Source: Octopus sinensis (taxonomy: Eukaryota). From it: a stretch of DNA of 64,000 bases. Position numbers and translations under genes: made by a program. Position 1 is the stretch's first letter. Every line of letters starts with the position of its first letter. The stretch spans positions 50,654,001 to 50,718,000 of the forward strand of contig NC_043006.1 of NCBI RefSeq assembly GCF_006345805.1. The letters run 5' to 3'. Under the pieces are notes generated by a model. That model searched no databases and was not told the DNA's origin. It saw only the letters and a list, made by a program, of their open reading frames with translations. Positions 10,540-23,127 of this stretch are shown here, piece after piece.

Positions 10540-10935
10540 TCAGTCCCTCTGTGCGGCACATTGGGCAAGAATCTTCTGTGGATCCGGGCCGACCAAAGAC
10601 TTGTGAGTGAATTTGGAAGTTGTTAACTGAAAGAAGCCCCATGTAAGCATGTATGTGGGTATGTTCGTGTGTGTCTGTGTGTGTGTCTGTCTGTCTGTGT
10701 ATCTGTGCCTGTGTGTATATGTGTGTGTGTCACTTTTTTTATAGTCAGTGTGCCCCATCACCGCTTGGCAAACTGTGATGGTTTGTTTACGTCCTCGTCA
10801 CACTCGCCGGCTCGGCAAATAAAACTGGTAGAATAGCGCCAGATTTTAAAAAAACAGTAAGTATGTACTACGGTCCATTTGTTCGACCAAACACTTCACG
10901 TCGGTACCCCAGCACGGCCGCAGCCCTATAACTAA
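10540..10935 (+). mobile_element. SINE family B, diverged (further partial copy at 11135-11285)
   Basis: GGGCAAG..GCCGACCAAAG..AACTGAAAGAAGCCC motifs. Confidence 0.75.
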
Positions 10936-11286
10936 TGTAAAATATCTATCCATTTAAATTGCAACGTATCTTTCTTTGCATCGTTCAAGAAAAGATAGAT
11001 GTAAAGCTTTAGAAAATCCTCAGTAATTGAGTTATTTTATTTGTGAAGTTCCTTATAAACGTGTTTGTTTTCTAGTCTAAGTATTTGAGGACCAAAGATG
11101 TAAACAGTAATCTAATCTATTCAAATCTTATGCTTCTTTGGGTGGTAAGAAGTTTGCTTCCAAACCAAATGGCTCTGAGTTCAGTGTCACTGTGTGGGCA
11201 GGTGTCTTCTACTATAACACCAGGTCGACCGAAAACTTCTAAGTATATTTCATAGACAGAAACTGAAAGAAGCCCGTCGCGTACAC

Positions 11287-11342
<56 letters not shown>

Positions 11343-11399
11343 ATATATATACATATATATACATATATACATATATATAACAACAGATGAATAATGGTT

Positions 11400-12320
11400 C
11401 ATTCACTACAGCTGTTTCCAACGAGTTTTCTTATTGATCGAAGAAAGTGGTATGTATGAAGAAAGCAAGATAGAATGAGTAAGAATCGTGGCGATTATTA
11501 TTAGCAATCATTTAAGGAGTGTACATAGTGTATGGTGAGCGTGTTTACAGTATGAAGTAGTAGAGGTGTATGTTGGCGTATGTACTTGTAAGTTTGCAAG
11601 GAAGAGGTTAAGAGAGGGAGGCAGGTGAAATAAGAGAAATAATTTATAAATGGTGAAGAAAGATACAGAGAGAAGTATGTAAATGACAAAAGGAAGTTAA
11701 AGGGAAGATATATTATCGGTTTAATATATAAAGGTAGTGAGGAACCATTTACGAAGGTTGGGGAAAAGGCGAGGTGGGGTTGTTATTATTTGCATTTAGA
11801 GAATAGATTTAGTGATCGATGCTTGCAGATAAAAACTATATTGCTACGCTCATTAAGACAATTCGTGGATTTCTATAAATAGCTAAGACCTCAGCTATAC
11901 AGAGATCACACTTGTTATTATAGCTGCTGTATGGCGTGGGTGACAATGGACCACTTGACAGTGTAAGGAGTCGAATCAATTTTATAGATGTACTGTTGGA
12001 TTTTCTTTGGGAATTGAAACTGGGGTAGGATTGCTCACTCTAGCTTTGAAGGTTGTGCTGCATGAGCCGATATATATTAGTTACAGTTGGCAGCTGATAC
12101 TGTACACTTGTAAACGAAATGATCTCAACACAATATGAATGAATCTGCATGCGTTAACATATACCTCTTACAACGATGTAAACTTTCATTTGATCAAGAT
12201 ATCCTTGGCCTGAAGAGTAGCCTGCGGTATACACCTCGCTCGGATATTTACCACTTCCAAGGTTCCGTGCGCTATGAAACATGTAGCCCGGATCTTATCT
12301 ACTCCATTCCCTAACTCTTA
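11400..12320 (+). mobile_element. PLE-like terminal fragment (purine/G-rich stretch followed by an HHR)
   Basis: C-poor 11450-11790 and the HHR at 12201-12293. Assignment inferred. Confidence 0.4.
12201..12293 (+). ncRNA. Type I hammerhead motif, canonical core, long helix-II insertion
   Basis: ATCC-TT-GGC-CTGAAGA-GTAGC[49 nt]GCTAT-GAAA-CATG-TA-GCC-C-GGAT; predicted cleavage after 12285. Confidence 0.75.
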
Positions 12321-12529
12321 TATATATATATATATATATATAGCATTGTGAATGGATTTGGTAGATAGAAACTGAAAGAAGCCCGTCATATATGTGTGCG
12401 TGTATGTGTAGTGTATTTTTTGTGCTTGTGTTTGTCCCCTGTTACCTCTTCAAAACCGGTACTGGTTTATTCATATCCCTGTAAGTTAGCGGTTCTGGAA
12501 AATACAAAGTAAATAAATCAAACATAGGT

Positions 12530-12642
12530 ATCAGGGTGGCCCAGTGGTCTAAGGCGCTATACTTCAAGTGTATTACCTTAACCAGTACGTAGAGTCTTCT
12601 AGTCCATGAATGTGGGCGTGGTTTCGAATCCCACTTCTGACA
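12530..12642 (+). tRNA. Intron-containing tRNA-Leu(CAA), probably a pseudogene
   Basis: ATCAGGGTGGCCCAGTGGTCTAAGGCGC..CAA(12565-12567)G, intron about 12569-12596, TTCTAGTC, long variable arm, GTGGTTTCGAATCCCACTTCTGACA. Mismatches in the acceptor, anticodon and T stems and an extra T in the anticodon loop. Confidence 0.85.
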
Positions 12643-12654
12643 GAAAGCTTATAG

Positions 12655-13175
12655 GTGCAGGAGTGGCTGTGTGGTTGCTTCCCAACCATATGGTTCCTGG
12701 TTCAGTCACACCTTGGGAAAATGTCTTCTGCTATAGCCTCGGGCTGACCAAAGGCTTGTTAGTGGATTTGCCAGACGGAAACTGAAAGAAGCCCGTCGTA
12801 TATATATATATGTATATATGTGTATATATTTGCGTGTTTGTGTCTGTGTTAGCCCCCCCCCCACATAGCTTGGCAACCGATTTTGGTGTGTTTACGTACC
12901 CGCAACATAGCGGTTCGGCAAAGAGATAGATAGACTAAGTACTAGGCTTACAAAGAATAAGTCCGGGGGTCGATTTGATCGACTAAGGGCTGTGCTCCAG
13001 TGTAGCCGCAGTCAAGTAACTGAAAGAAGTAATAGAATAATAGAATAGAATAAGTACCATGCTTAAAATATAATTACCGATGTCGATTCGATCGACTAAG
13101 ATTCTTCAATGTCGGTGCTACAGCGTGGCCGCAACCTAATGACTGGAACAAGTAAAAGATAAAAGATAATAGACA
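12655..13175 (+). mobile_element. SINE family B, full length plus extra tail (partial copy at 12345-12500)
   Basis: GGTGCAGGAGTGGCTGTGTGG head through the tail. Confidence 0.85.
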
Positions 13176-13179
13176 GTTG

Positions 13180-13581
13180 GATGGATGGATGGATGGATGG
13201 ATGGATGGACGGATGGATGGATGAACGGATGGATGGATGGATGGATAGAAGGATGGATGGATGGATGGATGGATGGATGGATGGACGGGCGGACGGACGG
13301 ACGGACGGACGGACGGATGGATGGATGGATGGATGGATGGATGGATAAATGGATGGTCGGACGGACGGACGGATGGACGGACTGATAGATAGATGGATGG
13401 ATAGGATAGGATGGATGAATGAATGAAGTGACAAATAGATAGATAGATGGACTGATGGGCAAATAAATGCACGGACGGACGGACGGACGAACGGACTAAT
13501 GGACGGACGGACGGACGGACGGACGGACGGATGGATGGATGGATGGATGGATGGATGGATGGAGGATGGATAGATAGATAG

Positions 13582-13618
<37 letters not shown>

Positions 13619-13658
13619 TATCGACAGATAGATAGATATATCGATAGATAGATATATC

Positions 13659-13700
<42 letters not shown>
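13180..13700. repeat. Compound (GGAT)n/(GGAC)n/(GATA)n microsatellite
   Basis: Direct reading; accounts for the ORFs at 13074-13768. Confidence 0.97.
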
Positions 13701-13702
<2 letters not shown>

Positions 13703-13905
13703 CATTTCATGACTGTACATCAGCGAACGATTTAAGCGAGCGTGTAGAGCCTTCAAAAATTTATGCACTTTGAATAGAATGTTTCGTAGTATTTGTTTTA
13801 CACCGAGTTAATGTTACGCCCTTTATGCTGTCTTCGCTCGAAATACAACGAACAACAGCCTTGCCTTTCAAACCTGTAACTAACAACGATATAGTTCACA
13901 AATTG

Positions 13906-13956
<51 letters not shown>

Positions 13957-14035
13957 GATCGATCGATCACGTTATATATATATATGTATATATGTATTAT
14001 ATATATATATATATATTATATATAAATATATATAT

Positions 14036-14071
<36 letters not shown>

Positions 14072-14174
14072 ATGCAAATAAACAACTCACAAACAGCTTG
14101 ATTCCCATAAACATACAATTCACAACCTGACAACATAGTCCTGCATAAATCCGTCCGTGCACACACACATATGC

Positions 14175-14232
<58 letters not shown>

Positions 14233-14760
14233 AAATTAACTTACATGCATGCATGAATACACGCATATTTCAATGTCACATGTGCACATTTTAGTTCATA
14301 AGCGCTCACTTGCATATACGTACAGATATTACAAAATAGACAATCTACGGAGAAACACTCGAATATTTTAAGGCACAACACATATGCCTACACATTTAAG
14401 GGCACATACATACAAACACACGCACGCACACACATACACAAACCCACAGCCAATGTAGACATACATATGCATATTAATGCGTACACATTTACGCGCATGT
14501 AGGCACATACGAGTATGTGGACACGCACGCGCGTATAAACACAAGCACAGTCACATGCAATCAGCACCGGTATATACATACACATGCGCGTTTAAGTGCC
14601 TAGACACACAAATACATATCGTACGCACACACACACACACACATACATACATACATACATACACATACATGCATCGGGATAACACGCGTGCCGCTTGTTT
14701 TCATTTCGAAATTTTGAAAACTAGATGCATGCGACGGCAAACCTGAGTTAAGTACTCTAC

Positions 14761-14761
<1 letters not shown>

Positions 14762-14803
<42 letters not shown>

Positions 14804-14885
14804 ACTCTCTCTCTCCTCTCTCTCTCTGTCCTCTATCACTCTCTCACTCTCCCCCTCTCTGTCATTCTCTCCCTCTCCTCTCTCC

Positions 14886-14916
<31 letters not shown>

Positions 14917-14935
14917 GCTCCCCCTCTCTCCCTCT
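14762..14935. repeat. (CT)n microsatellite
   Basis: Direct reading. Confidence 0.95.
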
Positions 14936-15309
14936 ACACACACACACATTCGCATATACATACGCCAAATCACAAACGCAACTTCAATTTCCTCTTCAAG
15001 AAACCTTATAAAATCATACAAAACATTAATACAGACCACACGATATATATATATATATATTATATATATTATATTATTTATATTTCATTTATATTAAGGG
15101 CATTACTATACATAAATGCCTCACGCACGCTAGACGGGACTTAAAGTCAAAACTACTATAGATAAATTCTTATAAAGATTTTATCCTATTTTTTGAATTA
15201 TATATTATATATAGATATATATATATATTCATACATACTCACACACGCACACACATATCCACGCGCACACACAAACAGGCTGGCACATGTATATATAATA
15301 TATTTTTAT

Positions 15310-15650
15310 CCTTTTATTTGTTTAAGTCATTTGACAGTGGCCATGCTGGATCACCGCCTTGAAGAATTTTACTGGAACCCCAGTATTTATTTACTTATTT
15401 AAGCCTGATACTTATTCTGTCCCTCTCTTCTATCGAACCGCGAAATTACCGGGACGTAAACAAACCTAGCCCGGTTGTTAAGCGCGGTGGTGGAGGACAA
15501 ACACAAGCATTTACGACGGGCTTCTTTCAGTTTCCGTCTACATAATCCACTCACAAGGCTCTGTTTAGTTCCTGAATATTGTAGAAGACATTTGCTGATG
15601 GTACCACGCAGTGGGACTGAACCCGGAAACTTGTGGTTGGGAAGCAAACT
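15310..15650 (-). mobile_element. SINE family B
   Basis: Family B tail, body and head motifs in reverse orientation. Confidence 0.85.
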
Positions 15651-15670
15651 ATAGACACATGTAGACATAC

Positions 15671-15712
<42 letters not shown>

Positions 15713-15945
15713 GCACACACACAAACGTACGCATACACGTCTATGTGTGCATGCATATACATATTTACACACACACAAACACACTCATACACACACATAT
15801 ATATATTACGGAGTGTACTTGCATAGCAAGTGACTTGATCTGAGATCGTGTGCTGAAACAAAAATAATTGCAGCGGGGAAGGTGTTTATAAGTCACTTAA
15901 ACACACAAAAACCGTTAGATCCACTTCAACATTTAAATTTAATTT

Positions 15946-16134
15946 GCCAAAATATTTATTTCTTTATTGCCCACAGGGAGCTAAACATAGAGGGGACAAA
16001 CAAGGACAGGATAAAGGGATTAATTCGATTACATCGACCTCACTGCGTAACTGGTACTTGTTTAATCGACCCCGAAAGGATGAAAGGCAAAGTCGACATT
16101 TTAGTCGCTTTGAGACCGCGACCTGTTCACTGAC
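15946..16134 (-). ncRNA. SINE-interrupted hammerhead-like motif, G3-C8 variant
   Basis: Removing the SINE (15958-16097, ATTT on both sides) gives GTCA-GTGAACA-G-GTCGC(GGTCTCAAA)GCGAC-TAAA-ATAT-TT-TGGC. G12 is T in this copy. Confidence 0.45.
15958..16097 (-). mobile_element. SINE family A, 3' fragment
   Basis: GTCGACTTTGCCTTTCATCCTTTCGGGGTCGAT.. in reverse orientation. Confidence 0.85.
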
Positions 16135-16169
16135 GTTGAAACTGCCTATATATACATGGATGGATGGAA

Positions 16170-16533
16170 GCACTCCGTCGGTTACGACGATGAGGGTTCC
16201 AGTTGATCCGATCAACGGAACAGCCAGCTCGTGAAATTAACGTGTAAGTGGCTGAGCACTCCACAGACACGTGTACCCTTAACGTAGTTCTCGGGGATAT
16301 TCAGCGTGACAAGGCCGGCCGTTTGAAATACAGGTACAACAGAAACAGGAAGTAAGAGTGAGAGAAAGTTGTCGTGAAAGAGTACAGTAGGGATTATCAC
16401 CATCCCTGCCGGAGCATCGTGGAGCTTAAGGTGTTTTCGCTCAATAAACACTCACAACCCCCGGTCTGGGAATCGAAACCACGATCCTATGACCGCGAGT
16501 CCGCTGCCCTAACCACTGGGCCATTGCGCCTCC
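16170..16533 (-). mobile_element. tRNA-derived SINE, family C (head GGAGGCGCAATGGCCCAGTGGTTAGGG)
   Basis: Full head with GGTTTCGATTCCC and tail GTCGTAACCGACGGAGTG. Confidence 0.9.
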
Positions 16534-17611
16534 TATATATACAAATACGTATGAGGCACATGTCTAAATGTACAGTTATTAGTATACATACAAGAGGCAA
16601 AACATACAGATCTGCACATGCACCGACTCTAAATACTTGCATATAAACTTGTTGATGTTGTTGAAATTTCAACGAAGAAGCCTTGGATTTGGATTAGAAA
16701 CCGGCTCCTTTTCCATTGGGGATGAAATCTTAAAATAAAAAACTAAATAATAACTTATAAAAACAATTCGCAAGTAATAATCACTTTATGGCCATTTTAT
16801 ATTAAAAGGAATCCAGAAGCAAAAATAGAATGTGAATGACTACAACTGTAACAACAACAACAACAACAACAACAGTAATAATTAATAAGAACAATTACAA
16901 CAAACAACAGCAACAAGAACAAAAAAACAAACTATTAACTGTCATAAAAGCGCACAAAACAAAAAATTACGGAAGCGCAACTCAAACGGACTCACTCGCA
17001 AACGAACACACGTACACACAAGCGAGCGTACGCGCACACACAGACACACACACACGCACGCACGTACAGATACATGCGTGCGCACGCATACACACACACA
17101 CACCTACAAAAGAATAACAAAAACTACGGAGATATAATTTCTATCTCCCTCTCATACTTTCTTTCATTCTTTCTATCTGTTTTCCCCCTTTTTATCTTTT
17201 TTTTTTTGGTCTTTTGTTTGTTTCCATACAAATTCAAAGCCGACATTTAAGTAAACCAGTCGCAGCCACCTCTTGTAGTAACAACTCATTTAAAAACACT
17301 AAACAAAAGGCAAACGCAAGTACTACGACACGCAAACACACACACACACACATATATATAGCTATAAACAGACGCACACACTTATACGTACACAAGCACA
17401 CTTGTATATTTAAGTACCAGATGTTTATATGTGACTTAAATTTGAACCCGTCCTCCAGCTACGCACGAATTTGTTATTACCAACCAATATTCACTCTTTC
17501 AAGGTAAATTTATGACTATTTTACCTACTTTTCTTTATATTCATATATGAAAACGTATATACAAACAGATATATAGATAATAGATGTACCTGTTTTTCTC
17601 AGAAAGTAACA

Positions 17612-17654
<43 letters not shown>

Positions 17655-17923
17655 ATATATATATATATATATATACGTGTGTGTGTGTGTGTGAGAGAGA
17701 GAGGGGGGTGAGAAGAGAGAAGAGAGATGTGTGTGTGTGTGTGAGAGAGAGATGTGTGTGTGTGAGAGAGAGAGAATGTGTGTGTGGTGTAGAAACTTCG
17801 TGGTCACTACCAACACTACTCTCGTTAAAAAAATAATAAATATGTGCTCGACAAAATCTATGAAGTAATCTTTCAGTTTAATATAATTTTTTTTTTATTA
17901 CAATTCGACAGAGGTAGTACTTT

Positions 17924-18490
17924 AAGGCGGCGAGCTGGCAGAATCGTTAGCACGCCGGGCGAAATGCTTAACAGTATTTCGTCTGCCGCTACGTTCTGAG
18001 TTCAAATTCTGCTCAGGTCGTCTTTGCCTTTCATCCTTTCGTGGTTGATAAATAAAGTACCAGTTACACACTGGGGTCGATGTAATCGACTTAATCCCTT
18101 TGTCTGTCCTTGTTTGTCCCCTCTATGTTTAGCCCCCTGTGGGCAATAAAGAAATAAGAAACGTTAGCACGCCGGGCGAAATACTTAGCAGTATTTCGTC
18201 TGCCGTTACGTTCTGAGTTCAAATTCCACCGAGGTCGACTTTGCCTTTCATCCTTTCGGGGGTCGATAAATAAAGTACCAGTTACGCACTGGAGTCGATG
18301 TAATCGACTTAATCCCTTTGTCTGTCCTTGTTTGTACCCTCTATGTTTAGCCCCATGTGGGCAGTAAAGAAATAAGAAGCGTTAGCAAGCCAGACAAAAC
18401 GCTGAGCGGCACTTCGGCCATCTTTACGTTCTGAGTTCAAATTTCGCTGTGTTCGATTTTGCTTTTCATCTTATCGGGGTCGATAAAAAA
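17924..18490 (+). mobile_element. SINE family A head-to-tail trimer (head AAGGCGGCGAGCTGGCAGAATCGTTAGC)
   Basis: Three successive GTTAGCA..GAGTTCAAATT..GGGGTCGATAAA units. Confidence 0.9.
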
Positions 18491-18889
18491 AAACAACAGT
18501 TAAATACTTCAACCCTAAAAAACTGTTTACCCTGTACCAAATTTTGAAACCATTATAAATCGACTTTTAAAAAACCGTGGCTAGGTGCAGGCGAGGCTGT
18601 GTCGTTAGAAGCTTCCTTCTCAACCACTGCGTGACACCTAAGGTAAGTGTCTACGGCTATAGTCCCGGTTTGACGAAAGCCGCGTGAGTAGATTTGATTG
18701 ACGCGTGTTTGTCCCTAAAAGGTGCTTGACAACTGGGGTTGGTTTGTTTATATTCCTGTAATGTAGCCTGATAGTATAAGTACCAGGCTTCAAGTCCAGG
18801 GGTCGACTTGTTCACCTAAACTCCTGAACGTGGTGTTCCGGCATGACCTCATCCAATGGATGAAACAAATTAAGGTAAAGTTATATAAT

Positions 18890-18922
<33 letters not shown>

Positions 18923-19213
18923 GCCCAGTGTTTAGGGCAAGCGGACTCGCAGTTGTAGGATCGCGGTTGCGATTCCCAGACCGGGCGTTGCGAGTGTTTA
19001 TTGAGCGAAAACGCCTAAAGCTCCACGAGGCTCCGGCAGGGGGTGGTGGCGATCCCTGCTGTACTGTTTCGCCGCAACTTTCTCTCACTCTTTCTTCCGT
19101 TGGCCTGCTCGCTTAGCCAGCGAGGTGGCGTCATTTAAAGGCTAAAATAATGCGAAGCGCATTGTGACCAGCGATTTATAGCAACATCTGATAGCCTGGT
19201 CGGTCACGGTGAT
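18923..19213 (+). mobile_element. SINE with a family C head and an alternative 3' tail
   Basis: C head and body followed by a tail unlike that of 16170. Confidence 0.8.
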
Positions 19214-19368
19214 ATTATATATATATATATAATTTAAAAATAGGATAAAATATTTATAACAATCTATCAAGTAGTTAGCGTGAAACACCTCATATGAGAA
19301 AAATCCACCTATTTTTTCACTTAAGTTACACACACCTAAATTCTGTTTTTAAATTGCTTGCTTCGAGA

Positions 19369-19468
19369 NNNNNNNNNNNNNNNNNNNNNNNNNNNNNNNN
19401 NNNNNNNNNNNNNNNNNNNNNNNNNNNNNNNNNNNNNNNNNNNNNNNNNNNNNNNNNNNNNNNNNNNN
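19369..19468. other. Scaffold gap (100 N)
   Basis: Run of N. Confidence 1.
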
Positions 19469-19492
19469 TACGCACAGACATATGTATATATA

Positions 19493-19534
<42 letters not shown>

Positions 19535-19540
<6 letters not shown>

Positions 19541-19730
19541 TCATTCTTTTACATGTTTCAGTCATTTGACTGCCGCCCTACTGGAACGCTGCCTGAAAGG
19601 TTTTAGTCGAACAAATCGACCCCAGGATTTATTCTTTGTAAGCCTAGTACTTATTCTATCGATCGCTACGGGGACATAAACATGCCAACACCAATTGTCA
19701 AGTGGTGATTGTGGGACAGACACAAAGACA
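19535..19730 (-). mobile_element. SINE family B, 3' half (further fragments at 20620-20890)
   Basis: Family B tail motifs. Confidence 0.8.
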
Positions 19731-19762
19731 CACACACACACGTAGATATATACATTTATATA

Positions 19763-20620
19763 CAGGATGCGATGGGTAAATTGTCATTTTAAATTTTCAA
19801 TTTTGTATATGCGCATTGTTTGTTTGTTTTTGATTTTGTCGACAATACAGTATAATAGGATCAGTTGGGTATCGTCGGTGAGAAAAACAGCACCTTGATG
19901 CAATTCACTCTGCCAGAAATTTGGAAACGACATGCTGTACTGCTTGGCATTCGCATCGGAAGCTCCAATACGAACAGATGATGAGCACACAGAACGACTG
20001 TTGGCTTGTCGTATCCTCAAAACATGAACCGAAAGTGTGATAAAAATCAAACATTCAGCCAACATCATGGTGTTTTGGGGTGATTACTAGTGATGGTGAC
20101 GTTATGCCTCCATTCATCTCCCCACACGGCCTCACACTCAACACAGAGGCCTACATCAAGTGCCTGAAGGAGGTAGTGCTGCCCTAGCGCAAAAGGGTGA
20201 CTGTTGGAAGACCCTATGTCTGGCGAAAGGACTCTGCACCATGCCATACTAACAGGAGAACCCAGTCATCGCTGTCAGACATGTTTCATCACCCCTAACA
20301 TCTGGTCACCTTCTCCCCAGACTCCAACCCCCTTGATTATTATATGTAGGGCGCAGTTGAGCGAAAGACCAACAAAACTCTTTGTACACCAAATATTAAT
20401 TGAAGGCAAGGATTATGGAAATATTCACCAACTTAAACAGGGAGACCATTCAGAAGAGTTGCAGTAGATTCCAAAGTCGTCTGGAGGCTATGGTTGAAGC
20501 TAATGGCGATTTTATTGAATAAATTTGGTCTTTAGTATTTCAAGATAAGTTTGTTATTTTGGTAAATATATCTGTTAAAATGAAACGTCAGTATTATTTT
20601 CATCTTTGCGTTATTCAGAC
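19763..20620 (+). mobile_element. Internally deleted maT/DD37D-like (ITm) transposon
   Basis: TA-CAGGATGCG start; MQFTLPEIWKRHAVLLGIR N-terminus; remnants DSAPCH, IWSP..PLDY and RFQSRLEAMVEANGDFIE* (stop about 20522). Confidence 0.8.
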
Positions 20621-21339
20621 GATCAGTTTCTGTCAACCAAATCCACTCACGAAGCTTTGGTCGGCACGAAGCTATAGTAGAAGACACTTCACTAAATTGT
20701 CACGCAGTGGGACTGAATCCTGAACCATATGTTTGAGAAGCAAGCTTCTTACCACCTATAGTCACAAATTTACTCACAAGGTAGTGGTCGGTCCGCGGCT
20801 ATTGCAGAAGTGACCCAAGATGCCTGAGAGTAAGAATGAACCCAAAACTACGTGGTTACAAAGCGACTTTTTTTAAGTACCCAGCCAAGCCTAAACTAAT
20901 ATTCCTCTTATCATACTGTTACATTGGTATTTTTCTACTGGTGTTATAATTAAAACGAATTACGAATAATTGGGAAATCACAAGCAGGATGAGGAGAACC
21001 GGTCACTCACCGACAAATTTCTAGCGTTGTTTTGGCATTAAAAACACTTTCATTTCAATACAGGATTATACATCAGATCCAAAATTGTCACACACACACA
21101 CACTCACCCACCATAAATGTGTTATCGCTCACATCCCTATCTACCTTTTTGTGTTAACTTAACTTTTTATTGTCCCGTAAGAAGGTTTCGATTCCCAGAC
21201 CGGGCATTGTGAGTGTTTATTGAGCAAAAACACCTAAACTCCACGAGGCTCCGGCGGGGGGGGGGATAAACTCCGCTGTCCTATTTCACCACAACTTTCT
21301 CTCACTCTTTCTTCCTAATTCTGCCACAAGTACTGGGGA

Positions 21340-21895
21340 CAATATTCTTTTCTACTCTCGACACAAGGCTCGAAGTATTTGGGGGAGGGGACCAGTCTAT
21401 TAGGTTGACCCCAGTACGCAACTTGTACTTAATTTATCGACCCCCGAAAGGATGAAAGGCAAATTCGACCTCGGCAGAATTTGAACTCAGAACATAAAAA
21501 CAGACGAAATACCTATTTCTTTACTACCCACAAGGGGCTAAACACAGAGAGGACAAACAAGGACAAATACACGGATTAAGTCGATTATATCGACCCCAGT
21601 ATGTAACTAGTATTTATTTAATCGACCCCGAAAGCATGAAAGGCAAGGTCGACCTCGGCGGAATTTGAAGTATTTAACTGTTATTTTTTTTTATCGACCC
21701 CGATAAGCAAAATCGAACACAGCGAAATTTGAACTCAGAACGTAAAGACGGCCGAAGTGCCGCTCAGCGTTTTGTCTGGCTTGCTAACGTTTCTTATTTC
21801 TTTACTGCCCACATGGGGCTAAACATAGAGGGTACAAACAAGGACAGACAAAGGGATTAAGTCGATTACATCGACCCCAGTGCGTAACTGGAATT
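21340..21895 (-). mobile_element. SINE family A multimer
   Basis: Several reverse-orientation units. Confidence 0.9.
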
Positions 21896-22060
21896 TATTC
21901 CTCAAAAATTGCTGGCCTTGTGCCAAAATTTGAAATTATTATAAGGTGTTATTGCTTGGTACTTAGAACCGGTACAGCAACAGTAAGGGTGGAGGCGCAA
22001 TGGCCCAGTGGTTAGGGCAGCAGACACGCAGTCGTAAGAGCGCGGTTTACCAGAACTTCC

Positions 22061-22200
22061 GACGGTGTATTTTTCGCTTGTCACTGTTATTTATGACAAC
22101 CCAAACCCTAAAACCCTAACCCTAAAACTTTAAAGCTAAAACCAGTACAAACGCACGAACGGTGTCATAAATAACAGTGACGAATGAAAAATACACCGCC
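22061..22200. repeat. Hairpin with 40-bp arms and CCCTAA units in the loop, interrupting a family C SINE head (21991-22048)
   Basis: 22061-22100 is the reverse complement of 22161-22200; the loop contains CCCAAACCCTAAAACCCTAACCCTAAAA. Confidence 0.85.
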
Positions 22201-23127
22201 GATAGTTGTTGACAAACAACGGCAGTAATTTTATTCAGCTGAATACACGTCATTGATTGGTTGAAATTACCGAAATAGGCCTACTTTAACGTGAAATCAC
22301 TTCGTAAATATAAGTTTTTCTCAAAAATGCTAAAAGTAAAAGATGTTTTATGTGACACATTCTACAAGTGACCGAAATTTGAAAGTCTTTAGTTACAAAA
22401 AATCATTTTTTAAATCTGTACGTGAAAAGGTAAATATCCAATTTACATCCCATAAGTGGTACATACCATGTATAGCAGATACATAAACAGGGCAAATTTA
22501 GCTAGATATGAATGTCTTAGCTTTTGTGTTCGCCACACAACATGACGGTTGACGACAGTCCCCGTAACTGAGCGGTTCGGCAAAAGACACATATAGAACA
22601 TGTACCAGATTTTTTTTTAAATGTAAGTACTAAGATCGACCTTTTCAACTAAAAGCAGTGCTCCAGTATGGCAGCAGATCTGTGACTGAAACAAGTAAAA
22701 GATAAAAGAGGAAACGGTAAACTACACAAGGTTTGCTTTGTAAAAATCCTTGAATATCAAACACATCCTTCCTGACTAAAAGGTTAAAATAATATTTGCA
22801 TCTATTTACGATCGCAATTTTATATTTCTAGTTCGATCTAGCCGAAATTGATTTTACTTTTAACCATTCTGAGGTCTATAAAATAAAAACTGGTCTAGCA
22901 ATTCATGTGATAAAATCAACTCTATATTGACTATGCATTGTGCTAAGGAACGCCGGACCGAGAGTCTCGGCAGCGTTGATACTTGCATGCCTGCGTGCAT
23001 GTCGTGATGTATCAGAAAGTTACATATGCCTACTTTCATAAAATTTGCCTGACCTACCCTCGCGTGTGTACCGTTGGCGATTTTTTTTTCCTCCGTCTTC
23101 CCTTCTCTTGATCTTTCCTTTTCTTAT

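Noticed and set aside
16680-16775. GAAACCGG hammerhead-like half motif
   Set aside because: No convincing CUGA-type core or helix I.
17924-18490. Regularly spaced repeats suggestive of a CRISPR array
   Set aside because: These are tandem SINE units in eukaryotic DNA, with no unique spacers or cas genes.
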